From: Oceanococcus sp.
Lineage (GTDB): Bacteria > Pseudomonadota > Gammaproteobacteria > Nevskiales > Oceanococcaceae
Reading direction: 5' to 3'
DNA length: 64,000 bases
NCBI GenBank assembly: GCA_041624435.1
Contig: JBFJVB010000002.1
Location: 2,710-66,709, forward strand
Shown here: piece after piece, positions 28,824-39,351 of the stretch
Position numbering within the stretch: the first letter of the stretch is position 1
Layout: every line of letters starts with the position of its first letter
Program-made: the position numbers and the translations under genes
Notes under the pieces: model-generated
Seen by the model: the letters and a program-made list of their open reading frames with translations, nothing else
Told to the model about the DNA's origin: nothing
Databases searched by the model: none

Positions 28824-29609
28824 ATGATCATGTCGGACGAAGTACTCCTGGAGCGCCGTGGCGCGGTGCAATGGATCACGATCAATCGGGAATCGCGGCG
28901 CAATGCCATGAACGCACAAGTGATCAGCATCATCTCACAGGGCATTGCCGATGCCGTCGCCAGCGAAGCCCGCGCGATCGTCCTGACCGGCGCTGGCGAC
29001 AAGGCGTTCTGCGCCGGAGCGGATCTCACCAAAGGCGTCAAGGGCTTTGCCTTCGACGTGGATTTCTCGCGCCCCCGCCATTACATCGTGCAGTTGTTCA
29101 AACAGCTGCAGGAATGCCCCCTGCCCGTGATCGCCCGGGTCAATGGCCATGCCATGGCCGGCGGCTTCGGCCTGCTGTGTGCGTGCGATATGGCCATTGC
29201 CGCCGATGACATCCGGATCGGCACCTCGGAATCGAAGATCGGCCTGACCCCGATGATGATCCTGCCCTACATGATCCGCGCACTCCCGCCGCGCAAACTG
29301 CAGGAGATGTGCATTACCGGCGAACAGTTCAGCGCTGCCGAAGGGCTCGAGTGGGGCCTGTTCAACTACGTGGTGCCACGGGCGGAACTGGACAGCAAGC
29401 TGGACTGGTTGCTGGAGCGCATCGTGCCGCGCTCGCCGACCGCAATTCGGCTGGGCAAGCAGGCCTTCGCGGCCACCCGGGACATGGATTTGCGCAGTGC
29501 TCTGGAATACGCCCAGGCCATGGTGCCGGTCATGTCCAGCACCCAGGATGCGGCCGAAGGACTGGCCGCGTTTCAGGAAAAACGCGCCCCGGTGTGGACC
29601 GGCAATTGA
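28824..29609 (+). CDS. Enoyl-CoA hydratase (AtuE/LiuC-like)
   Basis: AFCAGADL, AGGFGL, ESKIG, AF.EKR.P.W. Confidence 0.9.
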   Translation: MIMSDEVLLERRGAVQWITINRESRRNAMNAQVISIISQGIADAVASEARAIVLTGAGDKAFCAGADLTKGVKGFAFDVDFSRPRHYIVQLFKQLQECPLPVIARVNGHAMAGGFGLLCACDMAIAADDIRIGTSESKIGLTPMMILPYMIRALPPRKLQEMCITGEQFSAAEGLEWGLFNYVVPRAELDSKLDWLLERIVPRSPTAIRLGKQAFAATRDMDLRSALEYAQAMVPVMSSTQDAAEGLAAFQEKRAPVWTGN

Positions 29610-29653
29610 GTTCCGCCAGGCCCCGTTGATCCCAACCCACCACGAGTACTTAC

Positions 29654-31441
29654 ATGACTGACAAAACCGTCCGAATCGGCTGCGGCGCAGGCTTCTGGGG
29701 CGACTCCGCCGAAGGCCCCAGGCAACTCGTTGACTCGGGTGAGATCGATTATCTGGTACTGGACTACCTGGCCGAAATCACCATGTCGCTGCTGGCCAAG
29801 GCCCGCGGCAAGAACCCGGAACTGGGCTACGCCACCGACTTTCCCCTGGTGATCGCCGCACTGGCACCCCAGCTCAAGGCGCAGGGGATCAAGGTGGTCA
29901 CCAATGCAGGCGGGGTCAACCCCGCTGCCTGCAAAGCCATGATCGAAAGCAAACTGGCCGAAGCGGGCATCGAACTGAGCGTGGGCATCGTCGAAGGCGA
30001 TGACCTGCTCCCGCAACTGGACCAGCTGCGGGATGTTCGCGAGATGTTCGATGGCAGCCCCCTGCCCGAGCAGGCCTGGAGCGCGAACGCCTATCTGGGC
30101 GCATTCCCGATCGCTGCGGCCCTGGATGCGGGCGCCGACATCGTGCTGACCGGGCGCTGCGTCGACAGCGCCATTGCCCTGGCGCCACTGATTCACGAAT
30201 TCGGCTGGCAAGCCACCGACTACGACCTCCTGGCTGCCGGCAGTCTGGCCGGACACGTGCTGGAATGCGGCGCCCAGGCCACCGGCGGCATCACCACCGA
30301 CTGGAAACTGGTCGCCCAGGACTGGGACAATATGGGGTTCCCGATCGCGAATTGCCACGCCGACGGCAGCTTCGTGCTGAGCAAACCTGCCGGTACCGGC
30401 GGACGCATCGTCCCCCAAACCACCGCAGAACAGGTGGTGTATGAAATCGGCGATCCCGGCACCTACCAGCTGCCGGACGTGTGCTGTGATTTCCGCAGCG
30501 TCAAGCTGGAACAATGCGGCGACAACCTGGTTCGGGTTTCGGGCGCCCGTGGCCGTGCCCCGGGCGGCCATTACAAAGCCTCCATCACCTACCAGGATGG
30601 CTTCCGCGCCACCGGCAACATGATGATTGGCGGACGCGATGCGGCAGAGCGCGCCGAGCATGTGGCGCAGGCCATTCTGAAACGCTGCCGCCGTCTGTTT
30701 GCCCAGCGCGGCCTGGCGGATTTCATTCGCACCGATGTGGAAGTCCTCGGCACTGAAGCCAACTGGGGCGCGCAGTCGCGGCGGCGAGACTGCCGCGAGG
30801 TGATTCTGAAACTGGCCGTGCATCACGCGGATCGCAAGGCGCTGGAACTGTTTGGCCGTGAATGCATTCCCCCGGCCACCGCCATGGCCCAGAGTATCAC
30901 CGGCTTCTCCGGCGGGCGCCCGGCACCCTCTCCGGTGGTACGCCTGTTTTCCTGCCTGGTCGACAAGAGCTTGCCGCAGATCAAGGTGCGGGTCGGTGAC
31001 CAGCAGATCAGCTACGCCGCCCCGCCGACCTCAAGCGAAACCCAGAGCGCCCCCGAACTGAAGCTCGACTCCTCGAGCCTGAGCAGCGGCGACGTGGAAG
31101 TCCCGCTCATCAGCCTGGCCTATGGGCGCAGCGGCGACAAGGGCAACTCGGCCAATATCGGCATTCTGGCCCGACGTCCGGAATTCCTCCCCGCGTTGCG
31201 CGGACAGCTCACCGCCCCAGCCGTGAAAACCTACTTCGCGCATTTCTGCGCAGGCGAAGTCGAGCGGTTTGAGTGGCCGGGGCTGGATGGCTTCAATTTC
31301 CTGCTGCATGAAGCCCTGGGTGGCGGCGGCATGGCTTCGCTGCGGCATGACCCGCAGGGCAAGATGCTGGCCCAGATCCTGCTGGATTTCCCGATGCGGA
31401 TTCCGCAACAATGGCTGACACAGGGCTGGGTTGAAGGGTGA
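29654..31441 (+). CDS. atuA: Acyclic terpene utilisation protein AtuA family
   Basis: IG.GAGFWGDS, DYLAEITMS, GHVLECG.QATGG, RSGDKGN, D.QGK. Confidence 0.88.
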   Translation: MTDKTVRIGCGAGFWGDSAEGPRQLVDSGEIDYLVLDYLAEITMSLLAKARGKNPELGYATDFPLVIAALAPQLKAQGIKVVTNAGGVNPAACKAMIESKLAEAGIELSVGIVEGDDLLPQLDQLRDVREMFDGSPLPEQAWSANAYLGAFPIAAALDAGADIVLTGRCVDSAIALAPLIHEFGWQATDYDLLAAGSLAGHVLECGAQATGGITTDWKLVAQDWDNMGFPIANCHADGSFVLSKPAGTGGRIVPQTTAEQVVYEIGDPGTYQLPDVCCDFRSVKLEQCGDNLVRVSGARGRAPGGHYKASITYQDGFRATGNMMIGGRDAAERAEHVAQAILKRCRRLFAQRGLADFIRTDVEVLGTEANWGAQSRRRDCREVILKLAVHHADRKALELFGRECIPPATAMAQSITGFSGGRPAPSPVVRLFSCLVDKSLPQIKVRVGDQQISYAAPPTSSETQSAPELKLDSSSLSSGDVEVPLISLAYGRSGDKGNSANIGILARRPEFLPALRGQLTAPAVKTYFAHFCAGEVERFEWPGLDGFNFLLHEALGGGGMASLRHDPQGKMLAQILLDFPMRIPQQWLTQGWVEG

Positions 31442-32130
31442 GCAGCGCGCGCCCTTCCCGCGAGCAGCGCCGCAGTGACATCTTGCAGGCCGCCCGTGAC
31501 AGCTTCTGTGAAAACGGTTACGAACACACCGCCGTGTCGGAAATCGCCGCCCGCGTGGGCGTGGTTGAAGGCACGGTGTATCGGTATTTCGACAGCAAGC
31601 ACGAACTGCTGATTCAGGTTCTGACCGACTGGTATCAGCAGATGTTTGGCGACTATGCCAGCGCTCTGGCGGGGGTCAGCGGCGCCCGTTCCCGTCTGCG
31701 GCTGCTGATCTGGCGCCATCTGCGCACCATTCATGAAGCGCCCGAACTCTGCCGTCTGATGTTCCGTGAAGCCCGAGACGACATCGGTGAAGCGAATGCC
31801 GAACTGCGCCAGCTCAACCGGCGTTACACGCGCTTCCTGGTGGATGTTCTGCACGAAGGCGTCGAGCTGGGTGAATTTCGCGGCGACGTCGCCGGCCCGC
31901 TGTTTCGCGATCTGGTGTATGGCGGCATCGAACATTACTGCTGGCGCTATCTGACCGGGCAAGGCGATCTGAACATCGACCAGGCCGCCGACCAGATCAC
32001 CGGGATTTTCTGCGACGGCATCAGCGTGATGCCTTCAACCGCAGGCCTCGCCCTTGAAACCCAGCGCCTCAGCTCCCTGGTCCGGCAGATCGAAAGTCTG
32101 CTGCCCGGGCATGACTCGCCCGCTGCCTGA
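31438..32130 (+). CDS. TetR-family transcriptional regulator
   Basis: HTH IAARVGVVEGTVYRYFDSK; GTG start overlaps the atuA stop. Confidence 0.9.
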   Translation: MSSARPSREQRRSDILQAARDSFCENGYEHTAVSEIAARVGVVEGTVYRYFDSKHELLIQVLTDWYQQMFGDYASALAGVSGARSRLRLLIWRHLRTIHEAPELCRLMFREARDDIGEANAELRQLNRRYTRFLVDVLHEGVELGEFRGDVAGPLFRDLVYGGIEHYCWRYLTGQGDLNIDQAADQITGIFCDGISVMPSTAGLALETQRLSSLVRQIESLLPGHDSPAA

Positions 32131-32155
32131 CGCCCCAACAAGCGAATTGAACCTT

Positions 32156-33652
32156 ATGCAATCCTCCACGACATCCTGGCCCTTCGACACGGTACTGGTC
32201 GCCAACCGCGGCGAAATCGCCGTGCGCATCCTGCGCAGCATCAAGGCTCTGGGCCTCAAAGGCGTGGTGGTCTATCACGCGGCCGATGCGGCCAGCCCCG
32301 CCGTTGCGCTGGCCGATGTGGCCATCGAAATCAGCGGCGACACCCCGGTCGCCGCCTATCTGGACGGCGCGCAAATCATCAACGCGGCCCTGGGCAGCGG
32401 CGCGGGCGCCATCCACCCCGGCTATGGCTTTCTATCCGAAAATGCCGAGTTCGCCCGGGCGGTCGCGGCGGCCAGGCTGATCTTCGTCGGCCCCACGCCT
32501 GAACAGATCGAATTGATGGGCGATAAGGTCCGCGCCCGGGCTTTCGTCGAGAAGGCCGGTTTCCCGGTCGCCCCGTCGGCCATCGAGGATGACGACCCCG
32601 CGAGCTTTGTAGAGCGGGCCCGGCAGGTCGCCTTGCCGATTCTGATCAAGCCCGCGGCCGGCGGCGGCGGCAAGGGCATGCGCGTGGTGCGCGACCCGGC
32701 TCTGCTCGAACAGGAGATCGAACGCGCCCGCAGTGAAGGCCTGCGCTATTTTGGTGACGGCCGGCTCTATGTGGAGCGCTACATCGAGAACCCGCGGCAT
32801 ATCGAGGTACAGGTTCTGGGCGACGCGCATGGCAATGTGGTGCATCTGTTCGAGCGCGAATGCTCGGTGCAGCGGCGCTTTCAGAAAATCATCGAGGAAA
32901 CCCCCTCGCCGGCACTGAGTCCGGAACAGCGCCAGACGATTTGTGACACCGCCGCCGGCATCGCGCGGTCGGTCAACTACCGCAATGCGGGCACGGTGGA
33001 ATTCATCTACGGCGCCGGCGGCGAGTTCTATTTCCTCGAAACCAATACCCGCCTGCAGGTGGAGCACCCGGTCACCGAGCAGATTACCGGCATCGACCTG
33101 GCCGAACAGCAATTGCGCATCGCCGCCGGCGAGACACTGCCCTTCAGCCAGGCTGATATCCAGGCTCAGGGCCATGCCCTGGAGTTTCGTATCTATGCCG
33201 AGGATGCCGCTGCCGGTTTCACCCCGACCACCGGTCCGGTCCTGCAATGGACACCGCCCACCGGCCCCGGCGTGCGCCTGGACAGTGGCATCGCCCAGGG
33301 CCAGAACATCAGCGCCGCCTTCGACCCCATGCTGGCCAAACTGATCATCACCGGCGCAAACCGGGAACAGGCCATCGCCAGGGCGGATCAGGCCTTGCGT
33401 GAACTGATCCTGCTGGGCTGCCAGACCAATATCGGGTTTTTACGCCGCGTGCTCAATCATCCTGCCTTTGTCAGCGGCCAGGTGCATACCGGCTTTCTGG
33501 ATGCCCATCCCGAGTTGGCGGCCGGCCCCGAACTGGATCACCCCAGCCTGCTCAAACTGCTCGCCACGGCGGCGCTGATGACCCGCCCGCTGCGCGATGC
33601 GGCCGACGCGGTGCCGGACATGCACGCGGCGATGGGCGCCTGGAGAAATTGA
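32156..33652 (+). CDS. Biotin carboxylase subunit of an acyl-CoA carboxylase (AtuF/LiuD N-terminal part)
   Basis: VANRGEIA, HPGYGFLSEN, GGGGKGM, RECSVQRR, NTRLQVEHPVTE; no biotin domain. Confidence 0.92.
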   Translation: MQSSTTSWPFDTVLVANRGEIAVRILRSIKALGLKGVVVYHAADAASPAVALADVAIEISGDTPVAAYLDGAQIINAALGSGAGAIHPGYGFLSENAEFARAVAAARLIFVGPTPEQIELMGDKVRARAFVEKAGFPVAPSAIEDDDPASFVERARQVALPILIKPAAGGGGKGMRVVRDPALLEQEIERARSEGLRYFGDGRLYVERYIENPRHIEVQVLGDAHGNVVHLFERECSVQRRFQKIIEETPSPALSPEQRQTICDTAAGIARSVNYRNAGTVEFIYGAGGEFYFLETNTRLQVEHPVTEQITGIDLAEQQLRIAAGETLPFSQADIQAQGHALEFRIYAEDAAAGFTPTTGPVLQWTPPTGPGVRLDSGIAQGQNISAAFDPMLAKLIITGANREQAIARADQALRELILLGCQTNIGFLRRVLNHPAFVSGQVHTGFLDAHPELAAGPELDHPSLLKLLATAALMTRPLRDAADAVPDMHAAMGAWRN

Positions 33653-33725
33653 TGAACCACGCAAACCATGGGCACCGCCTGACTGGCCTGAGCAAACCAC
33701 CCCTGAGCCGCACCGGAAAACTCGC

Positions 33726-34229
33726 ATGAAGCATGGATTCAAGGTCGGCGATGCCGACTACGATATCGGTCTGTCCCGGACCGCCGACGGTTACTGTCTC
33801 CATCTGGGATCTGAGCACTTCGCGTTTCAGCTCAGGCCGGCCGAAGCCGGTGGCTGGATTCTGGCCAGTGGCAGCGAGGTGGATCACCTGGCCATCGCCG
33901 TGGATGGCGATCAGGTGCACATTCATCTGGACGGCGAAACCTATCAGCTGCGTTTTGAACACGCCCTGCAGCGGCTGGCCGAGTTGAACGAGAGTTCGGC
34001 CGCCGACGTCATCCGCAGCGCCATGCCAGGCAACCTGATCAGCCTGGACGTCGCCGTGGGCGATCATGTCAAGCAGGGACAAACCCTGCTGATGATGGAA
34101 AGCATGAAAATGGAAACCACCATCGTGGCCCCTCGCGATGGCGTTGTAGCGGAGCTACATGTGGCGCCAGGCCAGAGCTTCGACAAGGATGCACTGCTGC
34201 TCACTCTGGAAGCGCAACCCGATGACTGA
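33726..34229 (+). CDS. Biotin carboxyl carrier protein with BT-like N-terminal domain
   Basis: AMPG and ESMKME biotinylation motif. Confidence 0.88.
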   Translation: MKHGFKVGDADYDIGLSRTADGYCLHLGSEHFAFQLRPAEAGGWILASGSEVDHLAIAVDGDQVHIHLDGETYQLRFEHALQRLAELNESSAADVIRSAMPGNLISLDVAVGDHVKQGQTLLMMESMKMETTIVAPRDGVVAELHVAPGQSFDKDALLLTLEAQPDD

Positions 34230-34289
34230 GACAGGCAGGTCCAGCCCGAATCAGCCCCGTCGCCCCGCCACCGAAACGCCGAAACAGCC

Positions 34290-35897
34290 ATGAAACGAAT
34301 TCAATCTTCTCTCAACACCCATTCCGCTGATTTCAAGGCCAACGCCGCGCACAATCGTCGCCTGGCCGAGGAATTCAAGGAACGGCAACGCGCGGTTCGG
34401 CATGACCGTCCGCAACGCGACATTGATCGGCTGCGCAAACAGAACAAGCTGACGGTGAGGGAGCGCATCGAGCGTTTGCTCGACCCCGGCACCCCCTTTC
34501 TGGAGCTATCCTCGCTGGCCGCCAACGAAATGTACGACGGTGGCGTGCCCGGCGCGGCCGTGGTCACCGGCATTGGCATCGTCTCCGGACGGGAGGTGGT
34601 GATCAATGCCGGTGATGCCAGCGTCAAGGGTGGAGCCTGGTACCCGATCACCATCAAGAAGATCATTCGGGCGCTGGACATCGCGATCGAAAACCGCCTG
34701 CCCGTGGTGCATTTATGCGACTCGGCAGGCGGCTTTCTGCCCGAACAGGCCGGTCTGTTCGCGGATAAATATTTTGCCGGGCGGATCTTCCGTAATCAGT
34801 GCATCCTGTCGAAGATGGGCGTGCAGCAGGTTTCCGTCGTGCTCGGCCACTGCACCGCGGGTGGCGCCTATGTGCCGGGGCTATCCGATTACAACGTGAT
34901 CGTCCGGGGCACCGGCGCGATCTTTCTGGCGGGCCCGCCCCTGGTCAAGGCTGCGACCGGGGAAGAAGTCTCGGTCGAGGAACTGGGCGGTTGCGATATG
35001 CACACCTCGGTGTCGGGCACGGCGGACTATCCGGCCTCCAACGAAGATGAGGCGATCGCGATCGCCCGTGACATCGTCGCCCAATTCAAGACCCCGCGAA
35101 AAACCCCGATCGGCTGGCAGGAACCCGAAGCGCCGTACTACGACCCGAATGAGCTGTACGGCATCCTGCCCCAGGAAATCAAGCAGCAATTCGACATCCG
35201 CGAAGTCATAGCCCGCCTCGTCGATGGCTCCCGCTTCCACGAATACCAGCCGCAATACGGCACCACCTTGATCTGCGGTTATGCCCACCTGTGGGGCTAC
35301 AAGATCGGCATCATCGGCAACAACGGGGTGCTGTTCAATGACTCGGCCCTCAAGGGCGCCCATTTCATTCAGCTGTGCAATCAGAACAAGGTCCCGATCG
35401 TATTTTTGCAGAACATCACCGGCTATATGGTCGGGCGGGAATATGAACGTGCCGGCATTACCAAGGACGGGGCCAAGATGATCATGGCCGTGACCGGCTG
35501 TGAAGTTCCCAAGTTCACGGTCATGTGCCATGGCTCCTTCGGCGCAGGCAACTACGGCATGTCCGGGCGCGCCTTCGATTCGCGCTTCCTGTTCACCTGG
35601 CCCCAGCATCAGATCTCGGTCATGGGCGCAGAGCAAGCCGCCAACACGCTCGCCGACGTGAAGGTGAGACAACTTGCGCGCGCCGGCCAACAACTCAGCG
35701 CCGCCGAAATCGAGGCCATCCGCCAACCCGTGCTGGAGGAATTCCAGCGCAAATCCAGCGCCTACTGGTCTACATCGGAAATCTGGGATGATGGCATCCT
35801 GGATCCGGTCGACACCCGTAACGCGCTGGGCATGGCCCTGTCGGCCGCCCTGAACACGCCGATCAAGGAGCCGTCCTACGGCGTTTTCCGGATGTAG
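34290..35897 (+). CDS. Carboxyltransferase beta subunit (AtuC/LiuB-like)
   Basis: RERIERLLDPG, CTAGGAYVP, LQNITGYMVG, GAGNYGM, YGVFRM end. Confidence 0.93.
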   Translation: MKRIQSSLNTHSADFKANAAHNRRLAEEFKERQRAVRHDRPQRDIDRLRKQNKLTVRERIERLLDPGTPFLELSSLAANEMYDGGVPGAAVVTGIGIVSGREVVINAGDASVKGGAWYPITIKKIIRALDIAIENRLPVVHLCDSAGGFLPEQAGLFADKYFAGRIFRNQCILSKMGVQQVSVVLGHCTAGGAYVPGLSDYNVIVRGTGAIFLAGPPLVKAATGEEVSVEELGGCDMHTSVSGTADYPASNEDEAIAIARDIVAQFKTPRKTPIGWQEPEAPYYDPNELYGILPQEIKQQFDIREVIARLVDGSRFHEYQPQYGTTLICGYAHLWGYKIGIIGNNGVLFNDSALKGAHFIQLCNQNKVPIVFLQNITGYMVGREYERAGITKDGAKMIMAVTGCEVPKFTVMCHGSFGAGNYGMSGRAFDSRFLFTWPQHQISVMGAEQAANTLADVKVRQLARAGQQLSAAEIEAIRQPVLEEFQRKSSAYWSTSEIWDDGILDPVDTRNALGMALSAALNTPIKEPSYGVFRM

Positions 35898-35914
35898 GCC
35901 TTATCTGGCCGGAG

Positions 35915-37552
35915 CTAATCAGGCTCCAGCGGGGCTTTCCAGGCGGCATCGAGCAAGGCCCTGACCTTGACACTCTGCTCCACGGCCAGACCACCCGCGA
36001 TCAAATCGTCGCACAGCGACTCGACCAGAACCCGCCATTGCGTCGGCGGCGCTGCCTCGGGCCTGCGCTTGTCGAGCAAAGCAATCAGTTCATCTGCTTT
36101 GTCAACGCCCTCCTTCCAGGAAGGATGGACCGCTCCGTAGTTGATCAGGCGCTGACGCAATACCGCCGCCCAGACCTTACGCAGAAAGCGGTCTCCCTGC
36201 GGCGGTAGTGCATAACCGAAACTGCTGCGCTCGATCTCCTCGGCCACCATCTGCTTGGCCTCTTCAAGCACGCGCTCCCGACGGAGTGCGGCCTGAGTCC
36301 GCTGCTGCTCATAAAAGCACGCAATCTGCTCAGCTTCCAGCGGCTCGGCACCGGCCATGGAGGCGCGCACGAAATCCGGAGCCAGATCGAAGGTGGACAG
36401 AACCTGGCGCAGAGAGCTGGCAATCTTGTTGTGATCCGGGTCACTGCTCAGACGCTGCTGCAGGGCCTTGGTCATCAAGTCATCAATCAGGCTGGACAAG
36501 GGATGGGACGCATCGGTGAACAGCGAACTATCCGCGATCGCTGATTTCAGCAGCGGCATGTGCAGCAGTGCGTGACGTTTCTGTTCGTCCTTGGTCACCC
36601 GCAGATCAGCGCTGATTTCGTTAAAGAAGTGCCCGGCCAGCATGGCGCGCTGCAGCGCCATCTCGCCGCGGTCCTCCTTCACGCCTGGCAGCGGACGTTT
36701 TTCCAGCAGGGCCAGCAGATCGGCAGCCAATAGCCCGTCGCTGTAGCCGTCTTCATTGGCCTCCAGCGCGAGCTTGGTCAGCATGTCGATGGTGGCGGTG
36801 TCCAGCGGCGTCTCATCGGCCGGCGGCTGCATCCACTGCGCTCTCGAACGTCGCGTACGCGGATTCGCCGCCGGCGCGACAGGCCGACTGTACTTGAGTT
36901 GCGTGGCATCGCGGCCGATCTCTTTCACGCCGTCAATCACCTTGAGGTAGAGAGACTCGAGGTTATTGATGCAATGCCGCTCGAAGTTGAACAGCAGTAT
37001 CTCGTGGCCGACCGATGGCCAGCGCAATGCATCGACGGTGTGCATCAGCGCCGCATGCAGGCCGGTCGGCGCCAGTGCGTGAATATCGAATGGCACATCG
37101 CAGACCAGACGGATTCGATTCAGGCGTGCGTCGATCTCGGTCAACAGCTTGAAATACCGGTCTTCGGCCTGCAACAGGCTCTTGCCCACCGTGATCAATT
37201 CACCACTGATCCTGGCACCTCTGGGCGCCTGTACCCCGTTGATTCCGTGGCCGCCGATGAGGCCGTTGGCCGTGTTGACACCCGGAGTCAGCATGCGCTT
37301 TTCGACCAGACCGACAAACCCGGACGTCCATTCCAGCGTCTGCTGCTTCATGGCGCGAAGCAAATCCTGCCGGACAGATTCGCCCACATCCCGGTGCACG
37401 GTGCCGCCACCACTGATCAGATGCAGCTGGGTCTCGATCAGAAAACCGTTGTAGGTGGAGCGCAGTTTAGGCCGCACCAGCTGACGCAAGCGCTCAGCGC
37501 TTTGTTTCGCCAGGTCCTCCAGTTCACCGACGATGCTTTGGTCGCCGGTCAT
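35915..37552 (-). CDS. DUF1631-like helical protein, paralogue 1
   Basis: LLKSAIADSSLFTDASHP and FLRKVW..VL motifs resembling DUF1631; clear paralogy with the neighbour. Confidence 0.65.
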   Translation of the reverse strand: MTGDQSIVGELEDLAKQSAERLRQLVRPKLRSTYNGFLIETQLHLISGGGTVHRDVGESVRQDLLRAMKQQTLEWTSGFVGLVEKRMLTPGVNTANGLIGGHGINGVQAPRGARISGELITVGKSLLQAEDRYFKLLTEIDARLNRIRLVCDVPFDIHALAPTGLHAALMHTVDALRWPSVGHEILLFNFERHCINNLESLYLKVIDGVKEIGRDATQLKYSRPVAPAANPRTRRSRAQWMQPPADETPLDTATIDMLTKLALEANEDGYSDGLLAADLLALLEKRPLPGVKEDRGEMALQRAMLAGHFFNEISADLRVTKDEQKRHALLHMPLLKSAIADSSLFTDASHPLSSLIDDLMTKALQQRLSSDPDHNKIASSLRQVLSTFDLAPDFVRASMAGAEPLEAEQIACFYEQQRTQAALRRERVLEEAKQMVAEEIERSSFGYALPPQGDRFLRKVWAAVLRQRLINYGAVHPSWKEGVDKADELIALLDKRRPEAAPPTQWRVLVESLCDDLIAGGLAVEQSVKVRALLDAAWKAPLEPD

Positions 37553-37708
37553 TTCGACCTTGATATTCCAGTTCTAGACACAGCTTTCTCTCACCCGCGA
37601 ACGGGCGCACCCCTCCCAAACGACCATACCTTACTCAGGTTTTGTCAAGCGAGCAATGCGCGTTTTTACTACCAGCGCATCCGGTGCCGCATCGCACCAG
37701 CCTGATAT

Positions 37709-39319
37709 TCAAGGGGTTTTGCGCGCCGCTTCCAGAACCGCAATCAGCTGGCCACGTTTTTCGCTCGGCAGCCCGGCCTGGACCAGATCGCCCAACATGC
37801 TGCGGATCAATGCCACCCATTCTTTCGGCGGCCTCTGGCCGGGATCGCGCGCCTCCAGCAGATCGACCAGCTGATCCATCTTGTCGATCCCGTCGCGCCA
37901 GAGCCCATGGGCAGCGCCATACTTCAACAGACGCTGGGTCAGCAAGGCGCCCCAGGTATGGCTCAGGAAACGCCGGGCGGGCGCAGGCACGCTGCGACAA
38001 AACGTGCTGCGTTCCACTTCTTCGGCGACCATCAGCTTGGCCTCGCTGATCACAAACTCCCGTCGCTGCGCCGCCTGTTCACGCTGCAACTCGTAGAAGC
38101 GTGCAATCTGCCCATCTTCCAGCGGTACCGCGCTGGCCATGGAGTCACGCACAAAATCAGGGGCCAGATCAAACAGCGAGAGAATCTCGTTCAGGGACTC
38201 GCTCATCTGATCCGCCTGCGCGGGATCGATCAAGCGCTGGCGAGCCGCGCGGGTCATGTGTTCGTCAATCAGACTGGCCAAGGGATGGGTCGCATCAGTA
38301 AACACCGATGAATCGGCCAGGGCGGACTTCACCAGCGGCATGCGCAAGGTTTCATGCTGAGCGTCCTGAGCCTGCGGCACCATCGGATCGGCTTTCACCT
38401 GATTCAGAAAATGGCCGGCCAGACCCGTTTTCTGAACTGAGATCTGACCCTGCTCCTGGGTGAGCCCGGGCAGGGGTCGGCGGTCCATCAGAGCCAGCAG
38501 GTCAGCGGCCAGCAGACCATCGGTATAACCGTCTCCGTCGTTGCTCAAGGCCAAATGAGTCAGCATCGCGGTGGTGTCCGAGTCAACGGCATGTTTATCG
38601 CTCGGCGGCTGCATCCAATTTGAAGGCCGTGCGGGCTTGCGCTCTGCTGTTTCCGGCTGCACGGACTGATGATCGACAATCCAGGTTGCCGCCTTGCTGC
38701 CAATTTCCTTGAGCTCCGCCAGCAGCTTCAGATACAGGGGTTCCAGCCCAACAACAAAATGGCGCTCAAAATTATTCATCAGCACCCGGCGGTTCGCCAC
38801 AGACCAGCCCATCTCGTCCGCGCTGCGCTCCAGTACCTGATGCAAGCCCGTAGGCCCAAGCACCCGGGCGTCAAAGTGCAAAGCCAGAATCAGGCGGATC
38901 CGATTCAGTCTGGCATCGATCTCGGTAATGAGTTTGAAATACTGCGTTTCAGCCAGCAACAAGGCCTTCGCCATGGCCATCAGGCCGGCGCTCACTCGGT
39001 CATTGCCTGGCGTGGCTTGAAAGTCCAGATCGGCATCGGCTGCGCACAGACGTGCCTCAAGCTGAGCCATGAAGCTCCGCTGCCAATCGTGTGCCTGTTG
39101 CTTGAGTGAGCGCGCCAGCTCCTTGTTTTTTGGCGAGCCATTGGCGGCCAGAGCACTTCCGTGTGAACTTGCCAACTCGGCTTGAGTGGCGCCCACAAAG
39201 TGATCGAACAAAGCGCCCAGTTCCGCTCGGACGGTGCTCAGCAGTTGCGCGTCGGCCTGAGCCGCCATATCCAGCAGACTCGGTTCAGTGCGTGTGCCCG
39301 CCACCGTGTGATTTAACAT
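37709..39319 (-). CDS. DUF1631-like helical protein, paralogue 2
   Basis: LVKSALADSSVFTDATHP, FLSHTW..LL; shares TEIDARLNRIRL, WMQPP and DGLLAADLLAL with paralogue 1. Confidence 0.65.
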   Translation of the reverse strand: MLNHTVAGTRTEPSLLDMAAQADAQLLSTVRAELGALFDHFVGATQAELASSHGSALAANGSPKNKELARSLKQQAHDWQRSFMAQLEARLCAADADLDFQATPGNDRVSAGLMAMAKALLLAETQYFKLITEIDARLNRIRLILALHFDARVLGPTGLHQVLERSADEMGWSVANRRVLMNNFERHFVVGLEPLYLKLLAELKEIGSKAATWIVDHQSVQPETAERKPARPSNWMQPPSDKHAVDSDTTAMLTHLALSNDGDGYTDGLLAADLLALMDRRPLPGLTQEQGQISVQKTGLAGHFLNQVKADPMVPQAQDAQHETLRMPLVKSALADSSVFTDATHPLASLIDEHMTRAARQRLIDPAQADQMSESLNEILSLFDLAPDFVRDSMASAVPLEDGQIARFYELQREQAAQRREFVISEAKLMVAEEVERSTFCRSVPAPARRFLSHTWGALLTQRLLKYGAAHGLWRDGIDKMDQLVDLLEARDPGQRPPKEWVALIRSMLGDLVQAGLPSEKRGQLIAVLEAARKTP

Positions 39320-39351
39320 TCGTCTTGTCCCAACTCAGGCCCCTGTCGCAT

